Below are positions 1 through 13,031 of a stretch of DNA of 64,000 bases, in pieces (position 1 is the first letter of the stretch; each line of letters starts with the position of its first letter). The stretch spans positions 23,126,001 to 23,190,000 of the forward strand of contig CM060732.1 in the NCBI GenBank assembly GCA_030704615.1. The letters run 5' to 3'. Position numbers and translations under genes: made by a program. The stretch is from Takakia lepidozioides. Taxonomy: Eukaryota; Plantae; Bryophyta. The notes beneath the pieces were generated by a model. That model made no database searches. It worked only from the letters and a program-made list of their open reading frames with translations, and had not been told where the DNA came from.

Positions 1-157
1 TTTGGTAATATCCAAGTAGGTTGAGAAACCTTCTTCACATGTCCCCAACCTAGATATTTTGAAGTTACAAGTCCAAGGGTGCTCCCCGTTTAGACAATGC
101 TGCTGGCATCTTATGCATGTTGTTTTGGAAATTAATCAGTATGCTAAGTCTCCACAG

Positions 158-3100
158 GTTCGAGGAAGCAAAAGGGAGGAAGATTAAAACAGTGGATATC
201 ATACGATCGCTAGACCTGCCAAATAATCCTCTGGATGACATCATTGACCAGGTATGTGTCATTCAGCATCTCTATTGTATATCAAGTCATTATTAAAAAG
301 TTGTGTCATGCACTATTTGCTGCAGGAGATATTTAAGTTGCAAAACAACTGTATGAAGCAGGTAGTGTGATGCTGGATGTTGGAGAGGTGCATGTAATGT
401 GTGCTCCCTTTGTCTAATGTATGGAGAAGCCTTCATTCCTATTTACTTTGATGTTGTGGAGGTGAGTTTCCGATAAACAGCAGGCCAGAATGTTTCTTAT
501 GGTAGGCATTGGCTGCATAGTTGGGGGGTCCAGACTTTGTTGCAGAAATGACTGGGCGACGGGGGATGCTGGTGCGTGCCACAAATGGAAAGGGTGTCAT
601 CTATCAGGCCCGCAACACGTAAGTGGGGACTTAGCACTTGGAAACAACCAATGGAAGGACATTATCAATTCCCATACAGAGGCTCCCAAGCCTGTGATTT
701 GATTTTGTGGATCCAATGGTGGTTTGAAACTTTTTGCAGTCTTTCGTAACTGTTTTGGGCTAATCTGGAGAGATATTATTAAGACTTTCAACACACGGGA
801 ATGAATCAACCTACCCAGATAGGATCCAGGATAGGAAGATTTGTATCATTCGTGGTTCCATTTGAGTTCTGATTTGAGTTCCCTTTCATCTCTTTATACT
901 TTGTGCAATGCTCAAGCTTTGGGTTGCCAAAATATACCATCAACATGGAGTGATTTCTGCAGCATCTAGACCACTTGTGGATGGACTTGGAATTGCAAGA
1001 GGAGGTTGACCCCATCATGTTGCAAAAGGGTCTAAATAGCATCGGATGCAGTGTGACTCCCAACTCCTTTGAAGGTGGTTGTTAACTTGGTGAAGGTGTA
1101 GATGAGAGTTTTACTACCTCAGGGAAATTGTCTTGTGAATAATTGTTTTCTACTCTTGCAATGCACAGGAAAGATGTAACCCTAGAGATGATAAACATGC
1201 ATGAGAAGCAGCAGTTCATGAATGGGAACAAACTTGTAGCAGTCATTTCGGAAGCGGCATCTGCTGGTGTTTCGCTGCAAGCTGATAGGCGTGCCCTTAA
1301 TCAGGTTGCCCCTATTTTCCTTCTGTTAACATGAAATGTTCACGGTCCCATGTTTTATCCTTAAAGTATTACCATGTTGACAGGTAACATGATGGTGTTT
1401 GATTGATGCGTTTCGCCTATTTCTTGGGCTTCCCGTGCTGTTCAGCGCATGTTGTCCTTTCAATAGTTTCTTAAGGACTGTGCTTGAGATGACAGAGGAG
1501 AAGAGTGCACATAACCTTGGAGCTGCCTTGGAGTGCTGATCGTGCAATTCAACAGTTTGGGAGGACTCATCGGTCCAACCAAGCCTCGGCTCCTCAGTAC
1601 AGGTAGGTTGGAGGGATGTGCTTTATGTTTGGTGGGAAGGGACAAATCATTTTGGTCTCTTTTTCATACTGACAAAGCCTTGTTGGCTTTGTGAATGTGG
1701 TGTCACTAACCCAACTAATGGAAGTCTCCCATTCATCTGCTCTAGTTTCTTTCTAAAACTTACTGCAGAGGCATTGCTGTGGCCTCACATAGTTGCAAAC
1801 GTGGATGGCACAGGAATGGTTCTTGTAAGGTCCCACATGCCAATTCAATGTTCTTTATGGGTCTGACAAGTGGCGCATTCTTACGGGCTGGCAGTCTTCC
1901 AAAGTTTCTCATTTGATTTATGCTCTAGAGGTTAGTCAGGGTGGCCTCATTTTAAATCAATTCTGGTGTCCTGTTCAAGGCACTGTAGTCTTCAAAAAGT
2001 GCACGATGTAGGTTTTTGCAGTGAAGTCATACCAGAATCATCTGGGAGTCTGCATCAGCTAGAACATATATGGATTTTTTTCTAGATTATTTTTTCCTTG
2101 CAGGTCTTGCAACTCCTCAATCTATAGACTCTCTAGATTTGCTGAATCTGATGTTCTAGTATGGAGGCTTGTGGTTTCTGAGCAGATTGCTCTTTACAAA
2201 TCTTGGTGGAGAGTGCCGTTTTGCATCTATTGTAGCAAAACGCTTGGAAACTCTTGGGGCACTAACGCAGGGCGATCGCAGGTGCGTCTCATTCACAAGA
2301 ACATTCTCAAATTATAATGTGGGGGTATTCGTGTTGTAAAGGGACAAATGATTTTAGCATTAGCACCATTTTCTGACCTACAACGATTTGGCAGGGCCGG
2401 TCCATCTCTAAGTGCTTATAACTATGACAGTGTGTATGGTAAGAAGGCGTTGGCCAACATGTATAAAGCCATTATGGAGCAGGTTCGTTAATCCTTGTCT
2501 TATGATTGTGAGGTTGTTCTTGGGGTTTTTGTATGTTGTATACATGTATAATACGAAACATGAGCCATAGGGGTTGATTCGTGGAGAGATGGTTATGGAA
2601 GCTCGCCTCTTGGCAAGCCCAGCAGAAGAACCTTACACTGCTGATTTGTTGAGAACTTGATCATTATAAAACCTCAAAAGGGCCTTCCTGATGTTTCGTC
2701 TAAATCTCAGTTTGTTCTTGGCAAGAGCACTTCTTGTCTCTGTGGCATGTGGTTGTGATGAATTTAGATGCTTTGCGCAGGCTGACCCACTTGTGGCGCC
2801 ACCTGGCTGTCACGGTGCAGACAAAGGGAAAGCTCGGGAGCTTTTCCATCACTATAGACAGGCACTCCTGACTGTGGGAATTATTCGGGATGCTGTTGGT
2901 GGTTAGTATCAGAAGTGACCTGATTCTTGGAAGCGTCTTTGTGCATGGATACTTTGTTGTTTGTTCCCTAAGAGCAAACCACTAAATAGTATGCTTTTTG
3001 AACGTGTAGGAATATGTTGAAGTGGGCTTTAGATCTGCTAAGAAACAGGGTGACCGTGCTATGGCTTTCATGGGTCTGAAATGAACATGCTCTTAGTCGA

Positions 3101-6100
3101 AGAATCCTTACTGGGGGTAACTCTTCGTGGTTTGCACTGCAGTAAATCAAAATAATAGTACAGGAAAGTCAGCAACAAGGCCATCAGGGAGGATCACAGA
3201 AGCTGACATGCATGATGTAGGCCGCTTCCTCAACCGGGCCCTGGGCTTGCCGCCTGACTTGCAGAACCGGTTAGTGCTGGTTTGCTAAAAGAAAGGCGCG
3301 TCATTCCTTTCAGCATGTATTGCGGACTACTAAAAAGACAAAAGTATATGTACACTGCTGTTGCTGGTGGTTGACAGGAAATGTATAGAGGAGTGTGTCA
3401 CATTGAGATATCTAAAGGGGGTGCTAAGTGAAATGCTTTGGCAGAGACCTGTTGCATGATCTAGGTTACCGCTACGACTGGGATTGTGGCATTTAGGCTA
3501 TGTCGTCTGTTGCATTGGAAAACATTACAGTAAGGGGCTACATTGCCAGAGTCCTTCCATCTATATAAAGAATGTACTCATAAGACGTTGTTTGCCGTAG
3601 CCTTGTGGCCATTGAGAAATCTGTTCCATCTATATAAAGAAAAGAACACATTACCCATATTCGCCTTCTATGTACAGACTGTTTGAGTTCTTTGTGAGTA
3701 TCTTCGATGAGTTGATACGGGATGCTCGCAAGGAAGGGCAGTTTGATTCGGGCATAGTGGACATCAGGGCCAGTCTGATTGAGCTGCAAGGAGCCCCCAA
3801 GGTTTGCCTCAAATATTGTTGTCCAAATCTTGCTATGTCAACACCTTGATTGCTTCTGCATATTGAAAAGGATGATGTCTTTCAGTCTTACCAAACTGAC
3901 AGGCTGACCATGTCATACTGGGTCCAAGGAAACTTTTCAAGTCACACTGTTGGTTAGTTCTGTAAGAAGCTGCAATCTCAGAGTGGAAAAAGGGTACACT
4001 TGTTGGAATGCAGCAACACAATACTGTTTCTGTTAAATGCATTTGCCACTCTTGCCCCGAGGGGCATGTGCTGCTGGGTATAATGCTCAAGGCCAGCAGT
4101 TCACATTTATTGGAAAGATCCAGTTAACAATACCAGAGGTAACTCAGGTTTGGGAAACATGGCTGATGACGTGTCTATTCTGGGACTGAGCAGACAGTTC
4201 ATGTGGATGCAATGTCAGGAGCTCCAACCACACTGTTTGTTCTACTCATCGATCGGGGGCTCACTTGGGAGGTGAGAAAGTTTACAAAGTGACAGGCTGC
4301 ACAGTAAATTGTTACAGATCTACACAACCATGTTGTGCTTGACAAGATGTTCACAACTTGATGAGAAGGACTTCAGTTCTCTTCCTGTAGTAATTTCTCC
4401 AGTCAAAGTTCAGTCTGGTGCATTATATTTGCAGAACCAGAAAAGGAATAAGTTGATCATTACTTAGTTTGCAGGCTGCCAGTCAAATTCAGGAGCAACA
4501 TACAGCTGGGGAGGGTAACGCGGAAAATGGATTCTACCGATCTAGACGAGAATGGCTTGGCAGAACACACTATCTACTTGCCACTGAGAGGTCAGAGGTT
4601 TGCTTCTTAGTCTGTTGTTGGTAGCACACTTATGATCTTAAATCAAGTTGTCAATGGGGAGGGGTTTCTTCATAAAATTTTGCTCATTTAGTGTGTTCAT
4701 TGTATACAGGTTTGGATCAAACCCCCGAGCTTTCAGAATTTTCCGGCCAGCAAGTGGAGAAGCGCCCAGGTCTGTAAATTCACACCCTCTCCACTCTTTT
4801 TGTTCAGTGCGAAGCGTAGCTGTAAAATTTAGAACAAGTGATATATTAGTCAGTGTACCAGTGTTGTGCATGTCACATTTCGGCAGCACTGGCCTTTCTG
4901 CTTGTCTGCTTCACCATATCCTTTTTTAAAGAAAGTGTGTGCTGATAGGGCATCTTTGATTCCAGGGAGATGTCGTTGACAGAATTACGTGGCAAGTACA
5001 GCAAGGCGGCATCACCAGAGCAGGCTAAAGCAGGCTGGGTGGAGGACTATGCCATGTCAGCAGATCAGGTATCAGATCAACTATTTCACTTATTGCCCAC
5101 TGGTTACAACAACTCCAGTGTGCACTGGTGACCTGACTTGTAGTGAGAAACCCTTCCTGGAGCAATTGGAGTGACTGTCCTGCATGTGGTACTGTGCAAC
5201 CGTAGTCTAGAATAGAAGGTATTTCCATTTGCAAGAGATGTGCTGGAAGATCTTTAGCGATCCTTGTCTCTTCATGTAATGTGAGTTTTTGTAATGAGTT
5301 GTGTATGTCTGTCCCATCCTAGATATGGCTGTACCTCTGCAGACGGTGACATATTGCCTTTTGTGGTTGATGTGGATTGGCAGTGTATGCACGGGCCAAA
5401 GTGCAAAGTGGGGTCAGTTTGTACAGTGGGCCGCAGAGTACAGCAGATGAACATCCTTGGAGGGTTGATTCTACCCGTCTGGGGAACTGTTGAGAAGGCT
5501 CTGTCCAAACAGGTTTGCAGATTGCTCTTGGTCATGAATTACAGAATAGAAAAGACTCTTAATTGCACATTAGAGCGCAGCCTAGGGCTTGGAAAGAAGT
5601 GAGATGCCAAGATGGTAACAACATTCAAGTGAAGGCCATCTGGATTAGGTGCAGCGGGACAACATTTGTTGTCAAAGAAGAGTACATCTGTTGCTAAGCT
5701 TGTCAATACTGAGCTGGGTTGATCCAGGTGCTCTTTTTAGCTAGCTGAGCTAGCCTGGTCAATCAATGCTAGATCTTCAAGGTTGCTGGTAGATCTGGTT
5801 AAAACTATCATATTAGATCAAATGCAGTGCTGGTCAAGACGTGTCAATAATAAGTGCTTGAACTGACAGACGCGGACGAGTCACAAGAGGTTACGGGTAG
5901 TGCGGTTGGAGACAACATCTGAGGGTCGTCGGATTGTGGGACTTCACATCCCCAACCCTGCCCTAGGTTCAGTTATATTAGGTGAGTAACTTTCCCTCGA
6001 AGTTTGTTGTTGTGGAAAGCTTGTGCATGTGCGCATCATCATATGCCTGGAGGGATATCCCTTGATGCTTTGCCATTGCAGTAAATTCTATAGCCGCGTG

Positions 6101-6412
6101 GGTAAAAAAAGCAGATTCAAAACCACTAGAAGTGAAATATAGGCAACCATCTGAAAATTGGTAGCACAGTTAAGTACATGAGGAAAGAGAAATGAATGAG
6201 GATGGAGAGAAAGTCAGAGTCCAGTGGTTTATAGAGATGGAGAACACACAAAGACACAGTTATGTTGTTAGGGCAGGGGTAGTTTTTTTCCATGTCTTGC
6301 TTTCGGGTGGTTGGCTGTCTTTGACTGGGAGTGAATGATTTGTTGTCCTTTTGCAACAGGTTTAAATGGACTTCAAGTGAAGCCCCCGGAGGAACCAGGC
6401 GGTATAGTTTAA
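158..6412 (+). CDS. FGT1: FORGETTER1 / EMB1135 / strawberry-notch family protein, 3' part (5' exons lie upstream of the window)
   Basis: 16 GT-AG-bounded exons splice in frame: 158-251, 521-618, 1169-1304, 1496-1602, 2186-2281, 2395-2482, 2781-2901, 3143-3269, 3678-3801, 4194-4271, 4475-4590, 4710-4769, 4966-5068, 5384-5512, 5870-5981, 6360-6412 (TAA). Hallmark motifs: [98 protein letters not shown]. Confidence 0.95.
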
Positions 6413-7433
6413 TTTCCCCACTTACGCTCTTCCTTGTATGATTTTGTAATATTGATTTGGAAGCTGGCCTTCCCCTCTATACTCAAACATCTCCTATCAG
6501 GAAGTCCTTTGAGCCGAATTTTTTATAGCACAGAAAATTCATTGACCTCTCTTTCGCCCTTGCTAAGTATAGAAACAGCGAACTTCTTTCCTCCCATGTA
6601 TATAGTGGGTGCAAACACTATCTCCACAGTTCGGTTTTAGTTGCCTTTATGGCCGAGAAAGTTGAGGTGCTGTGTAACAGCGATACAATTTTCAAGATGA
6701 AGCTAGCGCGAAGCAGGATGACTCTCTGTTGATGTTTCATATGCATGAATTCAATCAATATGTAGAGTGAGGGAAATTTGTAGCAACAGAAATAAAAACA
6801 TTATTACTGGGACTTGGGTGGGACTTAGGTGTTTTTGTGCATGTTCTCTTACACAAACCCAGCAAATTGTGGATACCTCACCCAATATCAACTGCCAGTG
6901 AGAGGTCTATCATGGTTGTTCAACCTCTCAAGTTCGGGAAGATGGAGCTGAAATGGTAATCGATCAAACAACCTGGACACTTCAATGTGAGGATGTGATG
7001 ATCGATTGTGGGTATAAAAGTGAAGGTACCAAAAGCTGTTTGAACAGCTGCTATGATGAACCAGCCCTAAGTTATTGCCCAAACAACTGGATGCTTTAAC
7101 TTGATTGTTATAATTACAAATCGTAGATAAAGTGACAATGTACCCCAACTCATTTGGTTAGTTTCGGAAGGTCAGAAAGACCGGACACTGGGAACAGCCA
7201 ATAGTGTGGGGCCGCGGGTCCAGTGGATCCACACCTGTACTGTTGCGTGCCAATGGGCTTGCAGGTAGGGCTGCAAGCAACTGGTTTTTTTAATAGGGCA
7301 TGGCCCCTTCTAGAAGGTTCCACCACCGCCTCAAGAGACGATATAAGGAGGGTAAGGGGTATACAATTTATTTTCTTCCAGCTCCCTTTGGTGGGCTCTG
7401 GATGAAGGGCCCCCTTAGAAAATAAAACTTTGG

Positions 7434-9881
7434 TTAGCTTGAAGCATCAAGAAGGTGTCATCCACAAACATGGATTCAGCTGTGACAACCCTTAACACCT
7501 TCTGCTGAGCTTTTGGCTTCAAGGTCAACTGGAATAAGACCTCGGCCCTGCTAGTGGGAGATCTTTCAGCTTCAAGGCTTGGTGCCTCTCCTACTTGGGG
7601 TGCAAACCATGGCCTCAAATGGCTTGGTCTAGGGGAAACTACAACACTCATGTGTTACACTTTTGGGATAGACCTCACTGACGCTCATAAATTCAAACCG
7701 GTCTTAACCAAGCTCCAGCACAAGCTCTCCTACCGGGGAGGCAAACACCTCTCTATAACAGGAAGAGTTATCATTGCCAATCAAATTCTATCTGCGGGGA
7801 TTTGGTTCTATGCGGCAGCTTGGCGTCCAAATTCTTCCCAGATTCAAGAGATAAGAAGGCTCCTCAGAAATTTCGTTTGGGGTGCGGGGAACTCTACTAA
7901 AAGTAAGAGACCACATGTGGCTTGGAATCAAATCTGTCGCCCAAAGAAAAAGGGGGGGCTAGGGATCATAGACCCAGATACCCAAATCTCTGTGTAGTTG
8001 GCCAAATGGATTCCTAGGTTCTTGGGTCCAAAGGGAGGCTTATGGAAGTTCTTGGTGTATGACAACATCTCTCTCTCCTCCCCTCTGAAGGTCTCCTCTT
8101 GGGCTCCCTCTCTACGGTGGATTGCACATGGTTTCAAGAATAAACCGGTTGGCTCCACTCTGTGGACCAACATTTGGCTGGCCTGGGGCAAGTTTCGACA
8201 GTTCCTTGTACAGAAACCACCCTCTTCATTCTATGAGATTCTTCGCCAGCACTTGTTCCTCAACACAAACAAACCTTCTCCTCAGTAGGAAAACCAAGCC
8301 AAACGCTGGTCTTTTTGGGACCGTCTCGGGATTTGCCAGATCAACAATATTTGGGTGCGTAATGCCTTTAAGGCGCTGGAAACCATGGCCCCCATTGTTG
8401 GACAGGCTAGAGCGACCTCTGGTTATCAAGACATCATTCAATCCCTGCCACCAGAGTGGATTGCATCTCTTCAAGCTGGTCCATCTCTACCCTCCCTCCC
8501 ATTTTGGGTACTTGTCATCCTGCATAATAGTCTTACCATCCTTTTTGTCTCGGACACCTCTCCCACCCACCACTCTGTATTTACATTCAACATAGACTCT
8601 ACATCCCTGACTCTTACCCTTCTCTCAATAAACCCTCTAAATATACCTCCAGGCCCACCCTTGTCAGAATATGCGGATGGACGCTTCCAGGCAAACCCTT
8701 CGACCCAAAACCAGATCTCCTTACGCCGTTGTCGCAATGGCTTGACTGCAACACCTTTGTTTGGATTCTGGGTCGTCCACTGGCTGAGTTGGAACTCGAT
8801 CCAATGGAGTGGTCTTGGAAGTTTGCTAGGGAGCCTGAGCCCTTCTTCACCTACACCACACGGAAAGGTTACAAAATCCTCTCCAATTTTCACTGCCTGA
8901 AGAATAAGTGGGAAGCTAGATGGGAGCACTATGGTTTCAGGAATGAAAACTGGCCAGCCATATGGGGCTCTATTTGGATCAAAAGTCGTCCAACAAAAAT
9001 AGTTGTCTTCCTCTGGCAGGTGGCAAATAGGGTGCTCAAAGTGGGGGAATGGCTGCAATTTCAGGCAGCTCTTCTATGTAAATGTTGTGCACACAACATC
9101 ATGGAATCCCTGGAGCATTGTCTCCTTTATTGTCAGGCACCAGCCAAAGTTTACTATGATCTGGGGATAGAATCAATGAAAGCTTGGTCCAAAACATGTG
9201 CAGATATTGAGCGGAATTCAAGCAATGCGGCAGCATTTCATGCTACTTTCCTGAGCACCTGGGGCCATGGACTTATTTGCAACTCCCCAGAGATTGATAC
9301 CTGCGTTTGGAACAACCTTCCACCCGCCTGCTGACGTGACCACTGCTCGACCCTGCACAGTGTCTCCTAAGTTCGATCGAGATATCAATTGGAAGCACCT
9401 CAGGCCTTCATCATCGGATTCGAGGCTTCAATACAGATAGGGTGGTTTCAATTTGGAGAGGATAACAAGGTTCTCAGTTCACATAGGGTGGTTTCAATTA
9501 GGAGGGGATCAGACGATCCCCTCTCACTAGCTTTCCAATGGAAATGTTTTGACTGCTAAATTTTAGTGAACCAGTTTCTGGGGCGCTCTTGTCTAGCATT
9601 CATGAAATGCATCCTGGCTTTCCATAGATAGCTTCAGACACTACTGTTGAGTTCTCATAGTCAGGCGATCCTGCGGACATAGTAGCTCCCCAGCTTAAAA
9701 GTTGCAGCCCTAGGGCAGACAGATCTTGTTTATTGATCATTCTCTCGTACTGAGAGGAAGGGTTCGTTCTTCACTCCTTGCAGTGTGTGTGCCTTATGGT
9801 TCATCCGGGGTTTTAATTCTTTTCCCCACAATAACTTATAATAAAGTTCTCAAGGGCTACTTCCCCTTTCTGTAATAAAAT
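7434..9881 (+). mobile_element. 5'-truncated L1-clade LINE with a short 5' inversion (RT C-terminus, zf-RVT region, 3' UTR, TAAAA tail)
   Basis: Plus strand reads LNTFC*AFGFKVNWNKT, LSITGRVIIANQIL, VAWNQICRPKKKGGLGI, KIVVFLWQVANRVLKVG, CKCC...ESLEHCLLYC, with stops and frameshifts. The MFVDDT segment is inverted at 7434-7477. TSD AAAATAAAA(C/A)TTTGG at 7419-7433 and 9882-9896. Confidence 0.9.
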
Positions 9882-9967
9882 AAAATAAAAATTTGGAACC
9901 TGAACCATCATCTAATTAAAAACTCTCTTACTATAGCGACTATGAAGTGACAGATGATTAGGAAGGT

Positions 9968-10090
9968 TGTTTTTTTTTTTTTTTTAATTAAGGGGATGGA
10001 GACCCTGTAAGTCCTATTGAAAAGGAAAATAAATACCCTCGTCAGGGCCATGAGGCGCAACAATCGAGGGGAACCTCCCTGTGACCACTT
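9968..10090 (-). mobile_element. Short LINE/SINE 3'-end remnant
   Basis: A poly(T) run on the plus strand is followed by sequence whose reverse complement ends ...cttacagggtctccatccccttaatt(A)n, loosely like the 3' end of the upstream LINE. No clear TSD. Confidence 0.4.
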
Positions 10091-10177
10091 GAAGTTAAAA
10101 TCAAACATGGAATGTTGTATAATGCTCTAAGTTATGCCATGTGTGCTCTAATTGGGAGTGGTAGTATGACGTACCTT

Positions 10178-12412
10178 TGTAAGAGGTAAAGTCCTCGCCC
10201 CAGGACTTTCCTCAATTTGGGGCGCCTGTCCCGAGGGCAGGGGTTGAAAATCCAGGAAAGTCTAAGGGCGTGGACTTTACCTTCCGTAAAAAATGAAGCT
10301 GCCCGTTTTCGAGATTGCCCGTTTTACGCCTATTTCAATATCTTTGTAGTAACAACCAGTGTTGTGTGGTTATTTGATTTTTTTAATATCAGCCGGTTAC
10401 GGATGTTTAACTTTAACTGTTTGTGTTCACATCCTTCGGTTCCGGGGTTTTTGGAGCTTTTCCATTATGATATCCTGCCGGTTGGCAACAAATACAAAAT
10501 TTAACCCTATGCGGTTATGGACAAATGGAGTTTATGTCAGGATGGCCTCCGGCGGTTCAGTATCCGGTTATCAAACAAATCTAATTTTATTTCAATATCA
10601 TAAAATAACCCACACTAAACATCTAATGTATTAAAAATACTAATGAAAAAATGCATGCCCCTCTGAAACGTGCCCTTCTAAACGTGATGAGTAGAAATGA
10701 AATGAAGACATGCCAACTCATGACTATGGCCCGCCTCATTTATGTCAAGTGAACGAATAAGGGGCTATTATCCGGATTATAACCTCCGGATTTCAATGCC
10801 GGATATATGGTTGCATATCCTGCTCCTTTTGGTTGGGCTAACACAGCTCCTAATGCTTCTCCAGAGGCATCACAGTGTACATGAAATACCATATGCCAAT
10901 GTGGATTAATCAGCACAGGTGTAGTTGTTACTGACAATGTGAGTTCCTCGAAGGCGTGTTGGCACTCAGCTGTCCATGCAAACCCTGTATCCTTCTTCAA
11001 GAGCTTGCTCAATGGTGTTGCCTTCAATGCATATCGTCTGACAAACCTTCTGTAATAATTGGTTTGTCCAAGGAACCTCCTTAGAGCCTTAATATTACTT
11101 GGTGGTGGTGAGGCTTTAATAGCCTCTGTCTTTCTAAGATCTACAAGCAGTCATTTTTTACACACAATGTGTCCCAAAAAAACTCCTGAGTTCACACAGA
11201 AAGTACATTTTTCTGGATTCAGCCCAAGACCTCTCATCCTGCATCTGGCCAAACATAATTCCAATTTCTGCAAGTGCTCATTCTTAGAGCTGTAAACACT
11301 GAAGGGGGGCTGCTATTTCATGAGCGGTATGAGCTGGAGCGGAAAAAAAAAATGCATGAGGGGACAATTGTGTGTCCACGGAAATAGGTTTAGGAGGCAC
11401 GGAAAGTTCCGGGTCAAATCAAATTAAAAAAAGATACAAAATCACCGGTTCTCAACTGGATCCGGTTATCCCATCTTTTCAGATCCGGCGGTTCTTATTG
11501 AAGGCGAATATTTGATTTTTTTTGCCTCCGGCAGTCCATATATATATATATATATCCAGGCTGGGACCCGCCAGGGGTTTGAGGATGAATCAACTCTGGT
11601 AACAACAATCGCTGCCCAAGTTTGAAAATTGTCTGCCCAATATTAAGAATAATAGACCCATAAATGTGGGGGACAAATTCCATAATCTGGGATTACAGCC
11701 CCCGTCCTGGGCAAAAACCTGTAATCACGTGCCAGGGAAAATTCCTGTCAGGGAAGCCCTAATTTTAACAAAGCCAAAAAATTTGAAGGTTTTTACGTTG
11801 GATTTAAAGGGAAAATTACGAAGACTACGTAAAGAACGGGGCTGATTTCCCTTCGTTAATATCTGCTCGTTCTACAGGGTAATAGCCAGCCATGAGTACC
11901 AAGGCATACAAAAAAGTATAATGCACAGTGTGTTAGACACTCTAGTAATGCACACCTCCCACATTTCTTTATCTTTACCTCTAAGATCTTTTCCTTCACT
12001 AGTCCCATTTCTTTTTATCATCTTTCCAATGCATTCAAACTCAAAGAAATCATCCCATTTCTTTACGCAAGAGAAGGCCCCGGGTGGGGAAGGTTCCTGG
12101 ATTTTCAGGCCCTCGCCTAGGGCTGTCTCAGCTTCAGGCCCTCAAATCCAGGAATGCCCTCCACTGAGGGGTTTCAACCATCAATTAAAATGTAGTCAAG
12201 TTCACTTTATAGAGCCAACCTTCGAAAAGAGGGCGCAACAAGGAGAACTTGTGGTGGAGCTAGGATCTGTCAGCATCCTCAACGTCAGCATCCATCTGAA
12301 TCCAACACAAGCTTCAAACTCCTGCAGGAAACATAGGGAACAATAGCATTCAACATTCAGCATTTAACAAATCCATTCAGGATGCTGCTAAAAAATTAAG
12401 TGTAAGAGGTAA
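10178..12412. mobile_element. Putative non-autonomous element with terminal direct repeats and subterminal inverted repeats (hosts the hAT insertion)
   Basis: TGTAAGAGGTAA occurs at 10178-10189 and 12401-12412. There is an imperfect hairpin at 10184-10282, and ~10231-10258 is an imperfect inverted repeat of ~12093-12121 (ttcctggattttca...). Confidence 0.4.
10357..11598. mobile_element. Non-autonomous hAT element carrying a Ty3/gypsy RT-RNaseH fragment
   Basis: Ends are CAGTGTTG...CAACTCTG with a perfect 8-bp TSD GTAACAAC (10349-10356, 11599-11606) and many ATCCGG/CCGGTT subterminal motifs. The internal minus strand (~10810-11300) reads ATPLSKLLKKD...TPVLINPHWHMVFHVHCDASGEALGAVLAQ. Confidence 0.85.
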
Positions 12413-12429
12413 GTCTTTGTTTTGTTCCT

Positions 12430-12620
12430 TGGTTTTTTTTGTTGGGTAGGGGGGAAGGGGGGGGGGGAGGGGAGGGGAGGAAGCCCTTGAGAGCTTAATT
12501 GAGGATTATTTGTGGGGGAAAAAATTAGACCTCATACAAGCCCAACGACCATAAGGCATGTCCCGACAGCCCGTGAAGGAGAACCCAAGGAATACGACCC
12601 GTGCAGAAGCCAAGGACCCC
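12430..12620 (-). mobile_element. LINE 3'-UTR remnant related to the 7434-9881 LINE
   Basis: The reverse complement gccttatggt...ttcccccacaaataat...ctctcaagggcttcctcccc aligns with 9791-9866. Confidence 0.6.
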
Positions 12621-13031
12621 TACAAGAAGTCCCTAAAAGGCAAATGGTATGGTTTGTAGCTACCAATATTTTGATTCATGCATAATCTAGCCAAATAAAT
12701 ATGATAGGCCAGCAAGCTTACCCAAAGAGGAATGAACTACAATACACCATTTAATCATCTACTTCTTGAATACCCGAAAGTGGAGATCTGGCACACATAT
12801 CTACATACCTATCATGAGCGTGCGGTCGCTTTGTACCACTTGGGGAGCACGTTATGGTCGACCTCACCATTGCCAAAAACAGCTGGGACGCGGAAGGTGT
12901 TGCACCAGCCTGCCACTGCTCTTCTGGGATTGGGAGTGAGTTCACACTCCCTCAGAACTCTCAGCTAGGGTGCTTCTTTGCTAGTGGTGGCTTGCTGGTC
13001 TATCTGTTTTCTCTGAATTCTTGTACTGCTT

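Noticed and set aside
2214-2216. GGECRFAS rather than GGERRFAS in FGT1 as a damaging change
   Set aside because: As I recall, this position varies among strawberry-notch homologues, and all visible exons are open with intact splice sites.
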